From Candidatus Veblenbacteria bacterium (GTDB lineage Bacteria; Patescibacteriota; Patescibacteriia; Veblenbacterales; UBA10138), in NCBI GenBank assembly GCA_037439965.1, contig JBBIVB010000002.1:1-61411 (forward strand): a DNA stretch of 61,411 nt. Direction: 5' to 3'. Shown one piece after another: positions 53,387 to 61,411 of the stretch. The notes below the pieces were generated by a model. That model had not been told where the DNA came from. It saw only the letters and a list, made by a program, of their open reading frames with translations, and made no database searches. The position numbers and the translations under genes are program-made. The first letter of the stretch is position 1. The number at the start of each line of letters is the position of its first letter.

Positions 53387-54394
53387 ATGGCCAATATAGT
53401 TTTTACTGAGTTAGAAGGTTGGGAAGAAAGGTATTTAGAAGATAAGTTATCTGTTCATAAGTTAACTTTTATTCGTCGTCCTTTGCAAAATCAGGATTTT
53501 GATAGTATTAAGCGGTGTGAAATTCTGTCGACATTTATTTATACTTCAGTCAATGCGCAAGTGATAACTAAATTACCAGAATTAAAACTGATAGCTACCC
53601 GTTCTACTGGTTTTGACCATATTGATTTAAAAATCTGTCAAGAAAAGAAAATTGTAGTTTGTAATGTGCCATACTATGGAGAAAATACTGTGGCCGAGCA
53701 TACCTGGGCTTTGATTCTGGCTTTATCTAGGAAAATAATTCCTTCCTACGAACGTACTAAAAAAGGAGATTTTTCTTTAGATAATTTACGGGGCTTTGAT
53801 TTAAAGAATAAAATTTTAGGCGTGATTGGTTGTGGTCATATTGGTCAGCATGTAGTTAAAATCGCTCGGGCTTTTGATATGAAAGTGCTGGTTTTTGATC
53901 CTAAACCTAACGAAGAGTTGACCGGTATTTTAGGTTTTGATTATGTTTCGCTAGATGCCTTGCTTAAAGAAGCCGATATTATAACTTTACATGCGCCTTA
54001 TAATCAAAAAACTCATCATCTATTAAATGATGATAATATGAAATTAATTAAACACGGAGCGATTTTGGTAAATACTGCCCGCGGCGGTTTAATAGATACT
54101 ATGGCTTTAGTTAAAGCATTAGAATCAAGGATTTTAGCCGGTGCGGGTTTAGATGTATTAGAAGAAGAATATGCTATTAAAGAAGAAAGTGAATTATTAT
54201 CACCTGAATTTAAAAAGAAATGTGATTTAAGAACCGTGATTGCCGACCATGTGTTATTAAAACGCGATAATGTTATTATCACCCCCCATAACGCCTTTAA
54301 CAGCCAAGAAGCAATTTTGCGGATCTTAGATACCACCATAGAAAATATTAAAGGATTTTTAGAAGGGAAAGTAGTTAATCAGGTAAAAATTTGA
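53387..54394 (+). CDS. D-isomer-specific 2-hydroxyacid dehydrogenase
   Basis: NAD-binding motif GVIGCGHIGQHV, plus the catalytic region …NTARGGLID… and …ITPHNAF…. Confidence 0.8.
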   Translation: MANIVFTELEGWEERYLEDKLSVHKLTFIRRPLQNQDFDSIKRCEILSTFIYTSVNAQVITKLPELKLIATRSTGFDHIDLKICQEKKIVVCNVPYYGENTVAEHTWALILALSRKIIPSYERTKKGDFSLDNLRGFDLKNKILGVIGCGHIGQHVVKIARAFDMKVLVFDPKPNEELTGILGFDYVSLDALLKEADIITLHAPYNQKTHHLLNDDNMKLIKHGAILVNTARGGLIDTMALVKALESRILAGAGLDVLEEEYAIKEESELLSPEFKKKCDLRTVIADHVLLKRDNVIITPHNAFNSQEAILRILDTTIENIKGFLEGKVVNQVKI

Positions 54395-54396
54395 AT

Positions 54397-54427
54397 AAAA
54401 AGGATTGCTTGCTTGGCAATCCTTTTA
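54397..54427. terminator. bidirectional stem-loop between convergent genes
   Basis: AAAAGGATTGC - TTGCTTG - GCAATCCTTTT. Confidence 0.65.
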
Positions 54428-54434
54428 GAAATTT

Positions 54435-54989
54435 TCATATTAATGGTACATGCTGCCATTTTTTGTCATCTCTAGTTGTGGTAGCAATAAGCTCCAGTTT
54501 GAATTGAGAACCGTTTAAAGTAACTCCAGCGAAACTAATCGTATACGGACCAATTAATAATCTAACTGGCCCATTTAGCACAATAGTACATATTTGTTCC
54601 ACAGTTTCTTTTTCTTCTATCGCCTGAAATATCAATTGCCACGGAATATTTAAATATTGAGGCTTCACTACTACACATTTTTTCCATCTTAGATGAGCGA
54701 TAATCTGGGAGAAGATATTTTTTGATCGCCGTGGTTGAGCCAATAGGTCAGCTGGTATGGTAATTATTAAAGCATCATGCCAATTAACTTTAACTAATGT
54801 TTTATTGCTAAGCCAATGATGCTTATGTGTTAGTAATCCATTAGCAAATAGTTTCATAAATGGCCAAAAGGTCCAATCAAGAGTGTTATACCACCAGTGT
54901 TGTTTTGGTTTGGTTTCGACTTTCGCTACCGAACCAGTAAGCAGGAGGAACCAGCCGATTATCCAAAATATAGCAATCAGTGTAACCAT
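54435..54989 (-). CDS. hypothetical protein with an N-terminal TM segment
   Basis: 184-aa ORF. No motif recognised. Confidence 0.45.
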   Translation of the reverse strand: MVTLIAIFWIIGWFLLLTGSVAKVETKPKQHWWYNTLDWTFWPFMKLFANGLLTHKHHWLSNKTLVKVNWHDALIITIPADLLAQPRRSKNIFSQIIAHLRWKKCVVVKPQYLNIPWQLIFQAIEEKETVEQICTIVLNGPVRLLIGPYTISFAGVTLNGSQFKLELIATTTRDDKKWQHVPLI

Positions 54990-55130
54990 TTTTATTTCCT
55001 TATTTTAATGAATAAAATTTTTATTTTTTTTAAATTTAATTAGTATAGATATTAGTATAGATTAAAAATGATATTTTGTCAATATTAAAAAAACATTGAG
55101 ATAAAATCAACGGTTTCTTGATATTTTAAT

Positions 55131-56126
55131 TTATACTAATCCCATTCTTTCTTTTACTTCTCTTAAAGTTTTGCTAGCTATGTCATGCGCTTGTTCTCTG
55201 CCTTCAGCTAAAATCTTTTTAATCTTTTCTGGTTTTTTAGCCAATTCAGCGCGCCTGTCTTGAATTGGTTTTAAAACTTCAATAATCGTTTCTGCTAGCA
55301 AAGGTTTGAATTCGGAATATTTTAATTTTCCAGCTTGGTATTGCTCCTCCAGTTCTTTTTTCTTAGGACGATCAGAAGATAATACTTTAAAAAGTTGAAG
55401 TAAATTTTTGCCGCCAGAAAATCTTTCATTACTTGGGCCACCCTCATCGGTGACTGCTTTGGCAATTTTTTTCCGAATAATATCCGGAGAATCATTTAAG
55501 GCAATATAATGTGCCGAGCCAGAAGATTTAGACATTTTTTTAGCTGGATCTTGAAGTGACATTACCCGAGTAATAGGGGCTTCATAAGTCTTTGGTTCTT
55601 TAAAATATTGTCCAAATGTTGAATTAAATTTTCTAGCTAACACCCGTGTTAATTCTACATGCTGGTATTGGTCCTCACCTACTGGCACTAAATCTGGATG
55701 ATATAAAAGTATATCAGCTGCCATAAGTACAGGATAATTTAAAAGCCCCGCATTAATTGAACTATGATGTTGCTGTGTTTTATCTTTAAATTGAGTCATT
55801 CGTTCAAGTTCTCCTAGAGGTACGATAGTATTTAAAAGCCATGCTAGTTCAGTATGTTCTGGTATTTGTGATTGAACAAAGATGATGCTTTTGGTTGGGT
55901 CTAGACCGCAAGCTAAATAATCTAGAGCGGTATTAAAAACCATTTCAGGAAATTTTTTAGTGTTATAAGGTACGGTAATAGCATGCAAATCAGCAACAAA
56001 AAATATACAATGATTATTTTCTTGTAGTAACACCCAGTTTTGTAGTGCACCTAAATAATTGGCTAAATGTAGTTCACCAGAAGGTTGAATACCAGATAAA
56101 ATAGTTTTATTAGTTGGCAGACTCAT
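55131..56126 (-). CDS. trpS: tryptophan--tRNA ligase
   Basis: GIQPSGELHLANYLG (HIGH region) and KMSKS. Confidence 0.9.
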   Translation of the reverse strand: MSLPTNKTILSGIQPSGELHLANYLGALQNWVLLQENNHCIFFVADLHAITVPYNTKKFPEMVFNTALDYLACGLDPTKSIIFVQSQIPEHTELAWLLNTIVPLGELERMTQFKDKTQQHHSSINAGLLNYPVLMAADILLYHPDLVPVGEDQYQHVELTRVLARKFNSTFGQYFKEPKTYEAPITRVMSLQDPAKKMSKSSGSAHYIALNDSPDIIRKKIAKAVTDEGGPSNERFSGGKNLLQLFKVLSSDRPKKKELEEQYQAGKLKYSEFKPLLAETIIEVLKPIQDRRAELAKKPEKIKKILAEGREQAHDIASKTLREVKERMGLV

Positions 56127-56134
56127 AAGGTTTA

Positions 56135-57928
56135 TTATACCTCTATTATAACAGGTAATATCATCGGTCGTCTCTCTGTTTTTTTATAGAGGAATTGACC
56201 AATATCATTTCTTAACTTATCACGTAAATAAGTATCATTAGTAGCTGGTTTGCAGCTTTCTGCTTTTAGTATTTGTTTAACCTTACTCTTAGTTTCATCT
56301 ACTAGGCGTTTATTGTCTTTCATATAAACAAAGCCGCGAGAAATAATATCAGCACTACCCACTGGTTCGCCAGTTTTACCATCTATAGTAGCCACAATTA
56401 CTAGCATGCCATCACTAGCTAAGATTTGGCGGTCGCGAATAACAACTTTAGAAATATCACCAACACCTAAACCATCCACAAAAACATATTCAATAGGAAT
56501 TTTACGTGGCAGAATATTAATACCTTTTTTAGATACCTCAGCTATCTGGCCATTATCTAAAATAAAAATATGATCTTTAGGAAAACCGATAGACTCGGCT
56601 ACTTTAGCGCCTTCTTTTAACAGGTAGTGATTAGCATAAACCGGGAAAAAGTATTTAGGCCGTACCTGTCTAAGTAATAATTTAATATCATCAATCAGAG
56701 CATGTCCACCGCCGTGCACTCCCATAATTTCTTTATGAATAACATTATCGCATTGGCGATACAAATTATCTTTTAATCTTTGTATCGTTCTTTCATTGCC
56801 GGGAATTACAGAGGAGGAGAAAATAATAGTGTCAGTTTTGCTCAATTTAATGTGTTTATGTTCACCATTAGCCATACGCATTAATACCGCCCGATCTTCT
56901 CCTTGAGCGCCGGTGCAGATAATAATCAATTTGTTATCAGAATAGTTAGCGGCTTGTTTGATATTAATTAAAGTACTTGGTTTAAATTTTAAATAACCAA
57001 TTTGTTTAGCTATCTCGATATTACTTTTCATAGAATAGCCATCTAATACCACCTTTTTTCCTAATTTATCAGCAATTTGAATAATCCAACCGACCCTTTC
57101 TATCATCGAGGCAAAAGTAGCTATAATTATTCTACCTTTGGCTTGTTCTATAATCTGTTTGATATTTTGATAGACCTCACGTTCGGACATTTGTCTACCT
57201 TCTTTAGTAGAACCCAAAGTTTCCGCCATTAAAATAGAAGGGCAGTCTTTAGTATTCCAGCGTGCTAAATGAGAAAAGTTGGTTTCTTGACCGCTAATAG
57301 GATCTAAATCATATCGCCAGTCGCCAGAGTGAATAACATTAGCTAAAGGTGTTTGTAAAATAACCCCCAGAGCATCCATAATACTGTGAGTGACTGCAAA
57401 AAAGTTTATAGTAAAGCCGCCTAAATGTAGTTTTTCTTTGTTGGATTTTATTTCGTGAGCACGTAAATTAGATTGTAAATTTGATTCTGCTAATCGTCGG
57501 CGTACTAAAGCTAGAGTCAAGCGGCTGGCATATACTACCGGCCAGCCTAAGCGAGGTAATAAATGAGGTAGAGCGCCAATATGATCTAAATGACCATGGC
57601 TTAAAATTATACCTCTGATGTTTTTTTCTTTGCCTCGCAAATAGCGCGTGTCAGGAATAATATAATCCACACCCGGCATATCTTCTTCAGGGAACTGTAA
57701 ACCCATATCTAAAATCATAATATCCTGACCATATTCAAATACTGTCATATTACGCCCCACTTCTTCCTGTCCACCCAAAGGTATAATTCGTAGTTTTTTC
57801 TCTAGCTGCTGAAAAGTTTTAGGTAGCTGTTTAGTATAAGATTTTGTTCTGATAGCAAAACTAGCTCGACGGTTTTGTCTATCAGCTGGTAAATTAGTTT
57901 TTGAATTTTCGAAAAATTTAAATTCCAT
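56135..57928 (-). CDS. rnj: ribonuclease J
   Basis: Metallo-beta-lactamase motif SHGHLDHIG, a beta-CASP region and a C-terminal domain. I prefer the ATG at 57928 (MEFKFF…) over the TTG at 57976. Confidence 0.85.
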   Translation of the reverse strand: MEFKFFENSKTNLPADRQNRRASFAIRTKSYTKQLPKTFQQLEKKLRIIPLGGQEEVGRNMTVFEYGQDIMILDMGLQFPEEDMPGVDYIIPDTRYLRGKEKNIRGIILSHGHLDHIGALPHLLPRLGWPVVYASRLTLALVRRRLAESNLQSNLRAHEIKSNKEKLHLGGFTINFFAVTHSIMDALGVILQTPLANVIHSGDWRYDLDPISGQETNFSHLARWNTKDCPSILMAETLGSTKEGRQMSEREVYQNIKQIIEQAKGRIIIATFASMIERVGWIIQIADKLGKKVVLDGYSMKSNIEIAKQIGYLKFKPSTLINIKQAANYSDNKLIIICTGAQGEDRAVLMRMANGEHKHIKLSKTDTIIFSSSVIPGNERTIQRLKDNLYRQCDNVIHKEIMGVHGGGHALIDDIKLLLRQVRPKYFFPVYANHYLLKEGAKVAESIGFPKDHIFILDNGQIAEVSKKGINILPRKIPIEYVFVDGLGVGDISKVVIRDRQILASDGMLVIVATIDGKTGEPVGSADIISRGFVYMKDNKRLVDETKSKVKQILKAESCKPATNDTYLRDKLRNDIGQFLYKKTERRPMILPVIIEV

Positions 57929-58279
57929 ATTTGTAAAATGTTTAATTGATATCACACTTAGTATGGCTATTACCAAGCTTAGCTTGGTGGGTGAGGTGGT
58001 GCCTTAGGAAAGGACCTTGTATAATTCGCTGTTGCTCATCATTACTAGGTGACTAGGTGAGATTCTTTTTAAATAGCCTTCTCGCGCCTCGTGGCGGTTT
58101 CCGAGCTTTGCGAGATGGTGCATTTATTAAACCAAATCCGAACCTATTTTGAAAGCAACTGAGCGCTCTACCCCGCCGCTCTGTTCGCCCAGAGCAGAGA
58201 TTAGCGAAAAAATTTTCTTTTCCTTTTTAGAAGAAAAAATCGAACGTGTGCAAATTAAAAAATATGAAAGTTTAATTCT

Positions 58280-58550
58280 GGTGTCTTTATTTTACCAAGC
58301 TCGCACCTATTTTCAAAACAAATGAACCCGCCGCCAGCCGCCGTAAAGCGGCGGCCTGCCTCGCAGAAAAATTGCCTTACCTTCTAAAAGAAAAAAGGCG
58401 CGCGCAAAATCAAAAAATGAAAGGCAATTTTTCTGCTCGGCTCCGCGCTAACGCGCGGGCGGCGGGACTATTCATTTTGTTCGGACGGCTCGGCAGGAGG
58501 GGTTCAAGGGGGGAATGCCGAGCCGTCCTCGCTTGACGGCGCGGTTGCTA
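58280..58550 (+). repeat. 271-bp inverted repeat, left copy (IR-L)
   Basis: Its reverse complement matches 60354..60624 with 2 mismatches (58294 and 58321) on manual alignment. Positions 58325-58550 are identical between copies. Confidence 0.9.
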
Positions 58551-59069
58551 CTTAAATCTAACTTCTTGACCGTCAATGAGAAGCGATTTAATTACAGCAT
58601 TGCCAGAGCTGTCAACCGCAACCTTTACATCAACATTTCTCCCAAGCCGTCTCTCAATTTCTCTACCTTTTCCTTCTGGCACGAAATAGCTTTCAATACC
58701 ATACTCAACACCGACCCTAGTACTGCTTACGTCCTTCAATGTCCCTTTAATAAATAACCCATCGCTTGGGGGCTGCGAGTAAACTCCTGTTGCAACCGCG
58801 TATTTTCCCTTGGTATTGAGGCCAATGTAGACTTTCTCACCCGATTTGAAGTCGTTTCGCTCAAAAATCACACTTGGAGAATTTAGATTACTGATGTCGT
58901 ATCGAAGCACAACATAATCACCGCGAAATAAATCTCGCGGGTCCACTGGCGTAGTCTTTAAGAGCACTTCTTGACCTGTGCGTAGCGTATATTCTTTGTA
59001 GCCAATAAAACCGCCAATTACAACAAGCCAGAAAACTCCGAGTAATATAAAAATTTTTTTCTTATCCAT
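58548..59069 (-). CDS. GDYXXLXY-domain membrane-anchored protein
   Basis: DPRDLFRGDYVVLRYDIS matches the GDYxxLxY family motif. I prefer the start at 59069 (MDKKKIFILLGVFWLVV). The stop codon lies within the last 3 nt of IR-L. Confidence 0.7.
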   Translation of the reverse strand: MDKKKIFILLGVFWLVVIGGFIGYKEYTLRTGQEVLLKTTPVDPRDLFRGDYVVLRYDISNLNSPSVIFERNDFKSGEKVYIGLNTKGKYAVATGVYSQPPSDGLFIKGTLKDVSSTRVGVEYGIESYFVPEGKGREIERRLGRNVDVKVAVDSSGNAVIKSLLIDGQEVRFK

Positions 59070-59073
59070 AAAT

Positions 59074-60285
59074 TTATTGGCTAACGGCAGACACTGAAGT
59101 AAATTTTGCTTTAAGCTGTCTGCGCTTTCTTTCAAGTGCTATGCCGCCTAATACAAGGATTAAACCGCCAACCATAAAGAATAGCGAGCGAGGTAATAAA
59201 TCCCAGAAGAAGTCGAAATAGCGTACCAAAATCAATGCGGACAACCAAAACATTCCAGTATTCACTATTTGCATATCCTCTCTTTGATAGCCCACAAACA
59301 GAAGCACAAAAACTATACCAGCCAAAATGAGATTAAAGAGCAAAACATAAATATTTGTTGTTGCGTGGAAGAAGAAAAACAACAACGCAGCCCCCGTTAA
59401 TCCCAGAGCAACAGAACTTTCTAGAATATTTGTACTCGATTTTGACGGATTAAACATTAACGCAATGACGGCTAACAAAATTGCGAGAATTGAAAACAAC
59501 ACAAAGCCAAAAGTAAATTGGCTTGATGTTTCTAATGATCTAGAAAAGAAACTGTAATGCTCGTAAAATCCTGAGAAAAATCTAAAGGTCAAAAAGAAAA
59601 GCGAAACCATCGCAATTTTAATTCCGGCCAATCTATAAACTCGTGCGACTCCCTTTAGTTTTTCGGATAAGTAATGCAATGCGCCGATACCAAACATTAG
59701 TACGCCTGAGACAAGATAGAGAACCGGCAACTTAAAGAAATCTCCCTGTGCGCGATAAAAATCCAAACCCTTGAACACGAATAATCCAATCCAAATGTAA
59801 AATAGCAAAGCTGCCAATCCAGCAATTGGCGACGACGAAAAACCGTAAACAAAAGGTAGAATGCCAATTAACCAAATCAAAACGAGAACATGGCTATTGG
59901 CGTTGATGTTGTACATTTGTGCAATTAGAAAAACAGTTGCCCCAAATAAAAGCGCACCGAGAAAAATCAAGGATGCACCAACTTTTGGAAGATTTTGCCT
60001 CTGATATTTGAAATAATAACCAGCCCAATAAGCCCCGAAGGTGCTACCGACCAATATCAAGATTTTCATTAAATTGGGCATAACTGCCCAGTTGGACGCA
60101 ACAAAAAGTATCGCGCCAATACCGAGAAGAATTGAACCAATTGTTGAAATAGCAACAACAAGTTTATTAGAACTCTGCTCTTTTCGGTATTCTGTGCTAT
60201 CAGCCAACATTTTGTTGGCTTGCTCTTGGGTAATTGTACCCTCGCGGAGCCACTGGTCTATTTGTTCTTTATTGATTGCGCTCAT
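59074..60285 (-). CDS. DUF2157-like polytopic membrane protein
   Basis: The N-terminal soluble helix (EQIDQWLREGTITQEQANKML) is followed by more than 10 TM segments. This family is commonly encoded next to GDYXXLXY proteins. Confidence 0.6.
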   Translation of the reverse strand: MSAINKEQIDQWLREGTITQEQANKMLADSTEYRKEQSSNKLVVAISTIGSILLGIGAILFVASNWAVMPNLMKILILVGSTFGAYWAGYYFKYQRQNLPKVGASLIFLGALLFGATVFLIAQMYNINANSHVLVLIWLIGILPFVYGFSSSPIAGLAALLFYIWIGLFVFKGLDFYRAQGDFFKLPVLYLVSGVLMFGIGALHYLSEKLKGVARVYRLAGIKIAMVSLFFLTFRFFSGFYEHYSFFSRSLETSSQFTFGFVLFSILAILLAVIALMFNPSKSSTNILESSVALGLTGAALLFFFFHATTNIYVLLFNLILAGIVFVLLFVGYQREDMQIVNTGMFWLSALILVRYFDFFWDLLPRSLFFMVGGLILVLGGIALERKRRQLKAKFTSVSAVSQ

Positions 60286-60353
60286 ATTTTTGAAAAGTTA
60301 ATTAACCTGACCTTTATTAACTCAAGTATAGCACAAATTAGACAAGCAATACA

Positions 60354-60624
60354 TAGCAACCGCGCCGTCAAGCGAGGACGGCTCGGCATTCCCCCCTTGA
60401 ACCCCTCCTGCCGAGCCGTCCGAACAAAATGAATAGTCCCGCCGCCCGCGCGTTAGCGCGGAGCCGAGCAGAAAAATTGCCTTTCATTTTTTGATTTTGC
60501 GCGCGCCTTTTTTCTTTTAGAAGGTAAGGCAATTTTTCTGCGAGGCAGGCCGCCGCTTTACGGCGGCTGGCGGCGGGTTCATCTGTTTTGAAAATAGGTG
60601 CGAGCTTGGAAAAATAAAGACACC
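60354..60624 (-). repeat. 271-bp inverted repeat, right copy (IR-R)
   Basis: See IR-L at 58280..58550. Confidence 0.9.
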
Positions 60625-60779
60625 AATACAGAACTCAAGGGTTTTTCAGAGACCGAATCGCGGGCGACACGAAGTGCCGCCCAAGCGTTTTGCCCCGATA
60701 AATCGTCTCCGCTCAGCGCGCGCAGGCGCGCCTCGCGGTTGGCCAAGACGAGGTGCGAAATCAGAAGCGATTTTGACAT
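60579..60779 (-). CDS. small ORF (66 aa) whose last 15 codons lie inside IR-R
   Basis: Its tail LVSLFFQARTYFQNR recurs as LVSLFYQARTYFQNK at 58281-58325 and in diverged form (MVHLLNQIRTYFESN) at 58115-58162. Coding status is uncertain. Confidence 0.3.
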   Translation of the reverse strand: MSKSLLISHLVLANREARLRALSGDDLSGQNAWAALRVARDSVSEKPLSSVLVSLFFQARTYFQNR

Positions 60780-60840
60780 AGTATTTGCTTTGGATACAAA
60801 AAGAATTTTTGCTTGCTTTGAAAATATGCTATATTGAAAT

Positions 60841-60910
60841 TGCCCCCACCGAAGATTGCTTATTTTAATGGCCGTCTATGGTTCCACTTTGAGCAATCTT
60901 AGTGGGGGCA
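60841..60910 (+). promoter_or_regulatory. imperfect inverted repeat directly upstream of the recombinase start
   Basis: TGCCCCCACCGAAGATTGCT (60841-60860) pairs with AGCAATCTTAGTGGGGGCA (60892-60910): 9+9 bp with a bulge. The right arm overlaps the GGGGG RBS. Confidence 0.45.
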
Positions 60911-60912
60911 CC

Positions 60913-61411
60913 ATGGGCGGTCATTTAAGTTTTAACTTAACTACTATGCAAAAATTCTTTTTGTATGCTCGCAAGTCCACTGATGTCGAGGACAAGCAGG
61001 TGCTTTCGATTGAAGCCCAACTCACCGAATTGCGGGCGTATGCTCGTGAAAATAATCTCGTCATTTCCGCCGAAATTGTAGAGAAGCAATCTGCAAGATA
61101 TCCAGGTCGCCCGCTGTTTAACAAGATGATGGACGAGATAGAAAAGAACGGCGGAAATATCCTCGCATGGAATCCGGATCGTCTCGCCCGCAATTCGGTG
61201 GACGGAGGCAGGGTTATTTATCTCCTCGACACAGGAAAACTTGCGAGCCTCAAATTCCCGACGTTCTGGTGTGATAACACAAGTCAGGGGAAATTTATGT
61301 TGAACATGGCATTTGGCCAAAGCAAATACTATGTAGATTCTCTTTCCGAAAATACAAAACGCGGACTTCGCCAAAAAGTGAGAATGGGGATATTTCCAAG
61401 CCAAGCGCCAG
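60913..61411 (+). CDS. serine recombinase (resolvase/invertase or large serine recombinase N-terminal domain), 3' end truncated by the window
   Basis: My own translation of the + strand gives MGGHLSFNLTTMQKFFLYARKSTDVEDKQVLSIEAQLTELRAYARENNL…ILAWNPDRLARNSVDGGRVIYLL…GKFMLNMAFGQSKYYVDSLSENTKRGLRQK. YARKS carries the catalytic Ser and DRLAR(N) is the conserved motif. The ORF is missing from the ORF track because no stop is reached. Confidence 0.8.
   Translation, partial: MGGHLSFNLTTMQKFFLYARKSTDVEDKQVLSIEAQLTELRAYARENNLVISAEIVEKQSARYPGRPLFNKMMDEIEKNGGNILAWNPDRLARNSVDGGRVIYLLDTGKLASLKFPTFWCDNTSQGKFMLNMAFGQSKYYVDSLSENTKRGLRQKVRMGIFPSQAP

Larger units (their letters stand above)
58026..61411. mobile_element. 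GC-richer island: repeat modules, IR-flanked two-gene cassette and serine recombinase (right end beyond the window)
   Basis: The composition shifts abruptly by eye next to rnj. Long GC-rich palindromic modules are absent elsewhere in the window. A recombinase gene lies at 60913. Boundaries are approximate. Confidence 0.45.

Noticed and set aside
58280-60624. Retron, diversity-generating retroelement or group II intron as an explanation for the structured GC-rich modules.
   Set aside because: No reverse transcriptase ORF is present in or near the island within the window. There is no template/variable repeat pair and no domain V-like AGC-bulge hairpin.
60598-61404. ORFs 60598..60837 (+), 60921..61193 (-) and 60937..61404 (-).
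   Set aside because: The two minus-strand ORFs are antisense shadows of the well-supported serine recombinase frame. The + ORF at 60598 overlaps the IR and the small minus ORF, and it has an Arg/Ser-rich, GC-driven composition. None has independent support.
1-61411. Alternative genetic code (TGA read as Gly, as in Gracilibacteria/SR1), prompted by the in-frame TGA at 6282.
   Set aside because: Long conserved genes (leuS, recG, radA, virB4 and the 8.2-kb giant ORF) are uninterrupted under the standard code. Several well-defined genes end in TGA (21244-21246, 44319-44321, 54392-54394). The genome therefore uses TGA as a stop.

Overview
AT-rich, gene-dense bacterial chromosome segment that uses the standard genetic code. 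The gene content looks like Candidate Phyla Radiation / Patescibacteria; that is an inference from content, no search was run. Housekeeping genes recognised from sequence motifs are galU, yebC, ruvC, galT, leuS, tsaC, rsmA, radA, recG, glyA (disrupted), murI, trpS, rnj, tRNA-Ser(CGA) and tRNA-Arg(GCG). Three accessory regions stand out. (1) 5.8-9.3 kb: six tandem genes carrying seven TrbC/VirB2-like pilin modules, including a 395-bp perfect duplicate, set among glycan-assembly genes. (2) 20.5-42.9 kb: a type IV secretion-like locus on one strand. It holds a 2721-aa cysteine-rich giant protein, VirB6-like, PrgI/VirB3-like and VirB4 genes, two pilin-module fusion proteins (one with an M15 peptidase domain) and a beta-propeller protein. 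No coupling protein, VirB11 or relaxase is visible in the window. (3) 58.0-61.4 kb: a visibly GC-richer island. Two 271-bp near-perfect inverted repeats, each internally structured, bracket a DUF2157/GDYXXLXY gene pair, next to a serine recombinase gene cut off by the window end. Smaller observations: an orphan GC-richer gene with an 8-codon upstream ORF and a hairpin over its ribosome-binding site; a 10-bp tandem duplication that frameshifts glyA; an in-frame TGA between two pilin genes followed by a Cys-rich open tail; a GC-rich candidate sRNA beside tRNA-Arg; and recurring AT-rich leader and promoter modules without Shine-Dalgarno sequences. All calls come from reading the sequence and ORF translations. 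No database search or folding program was run.
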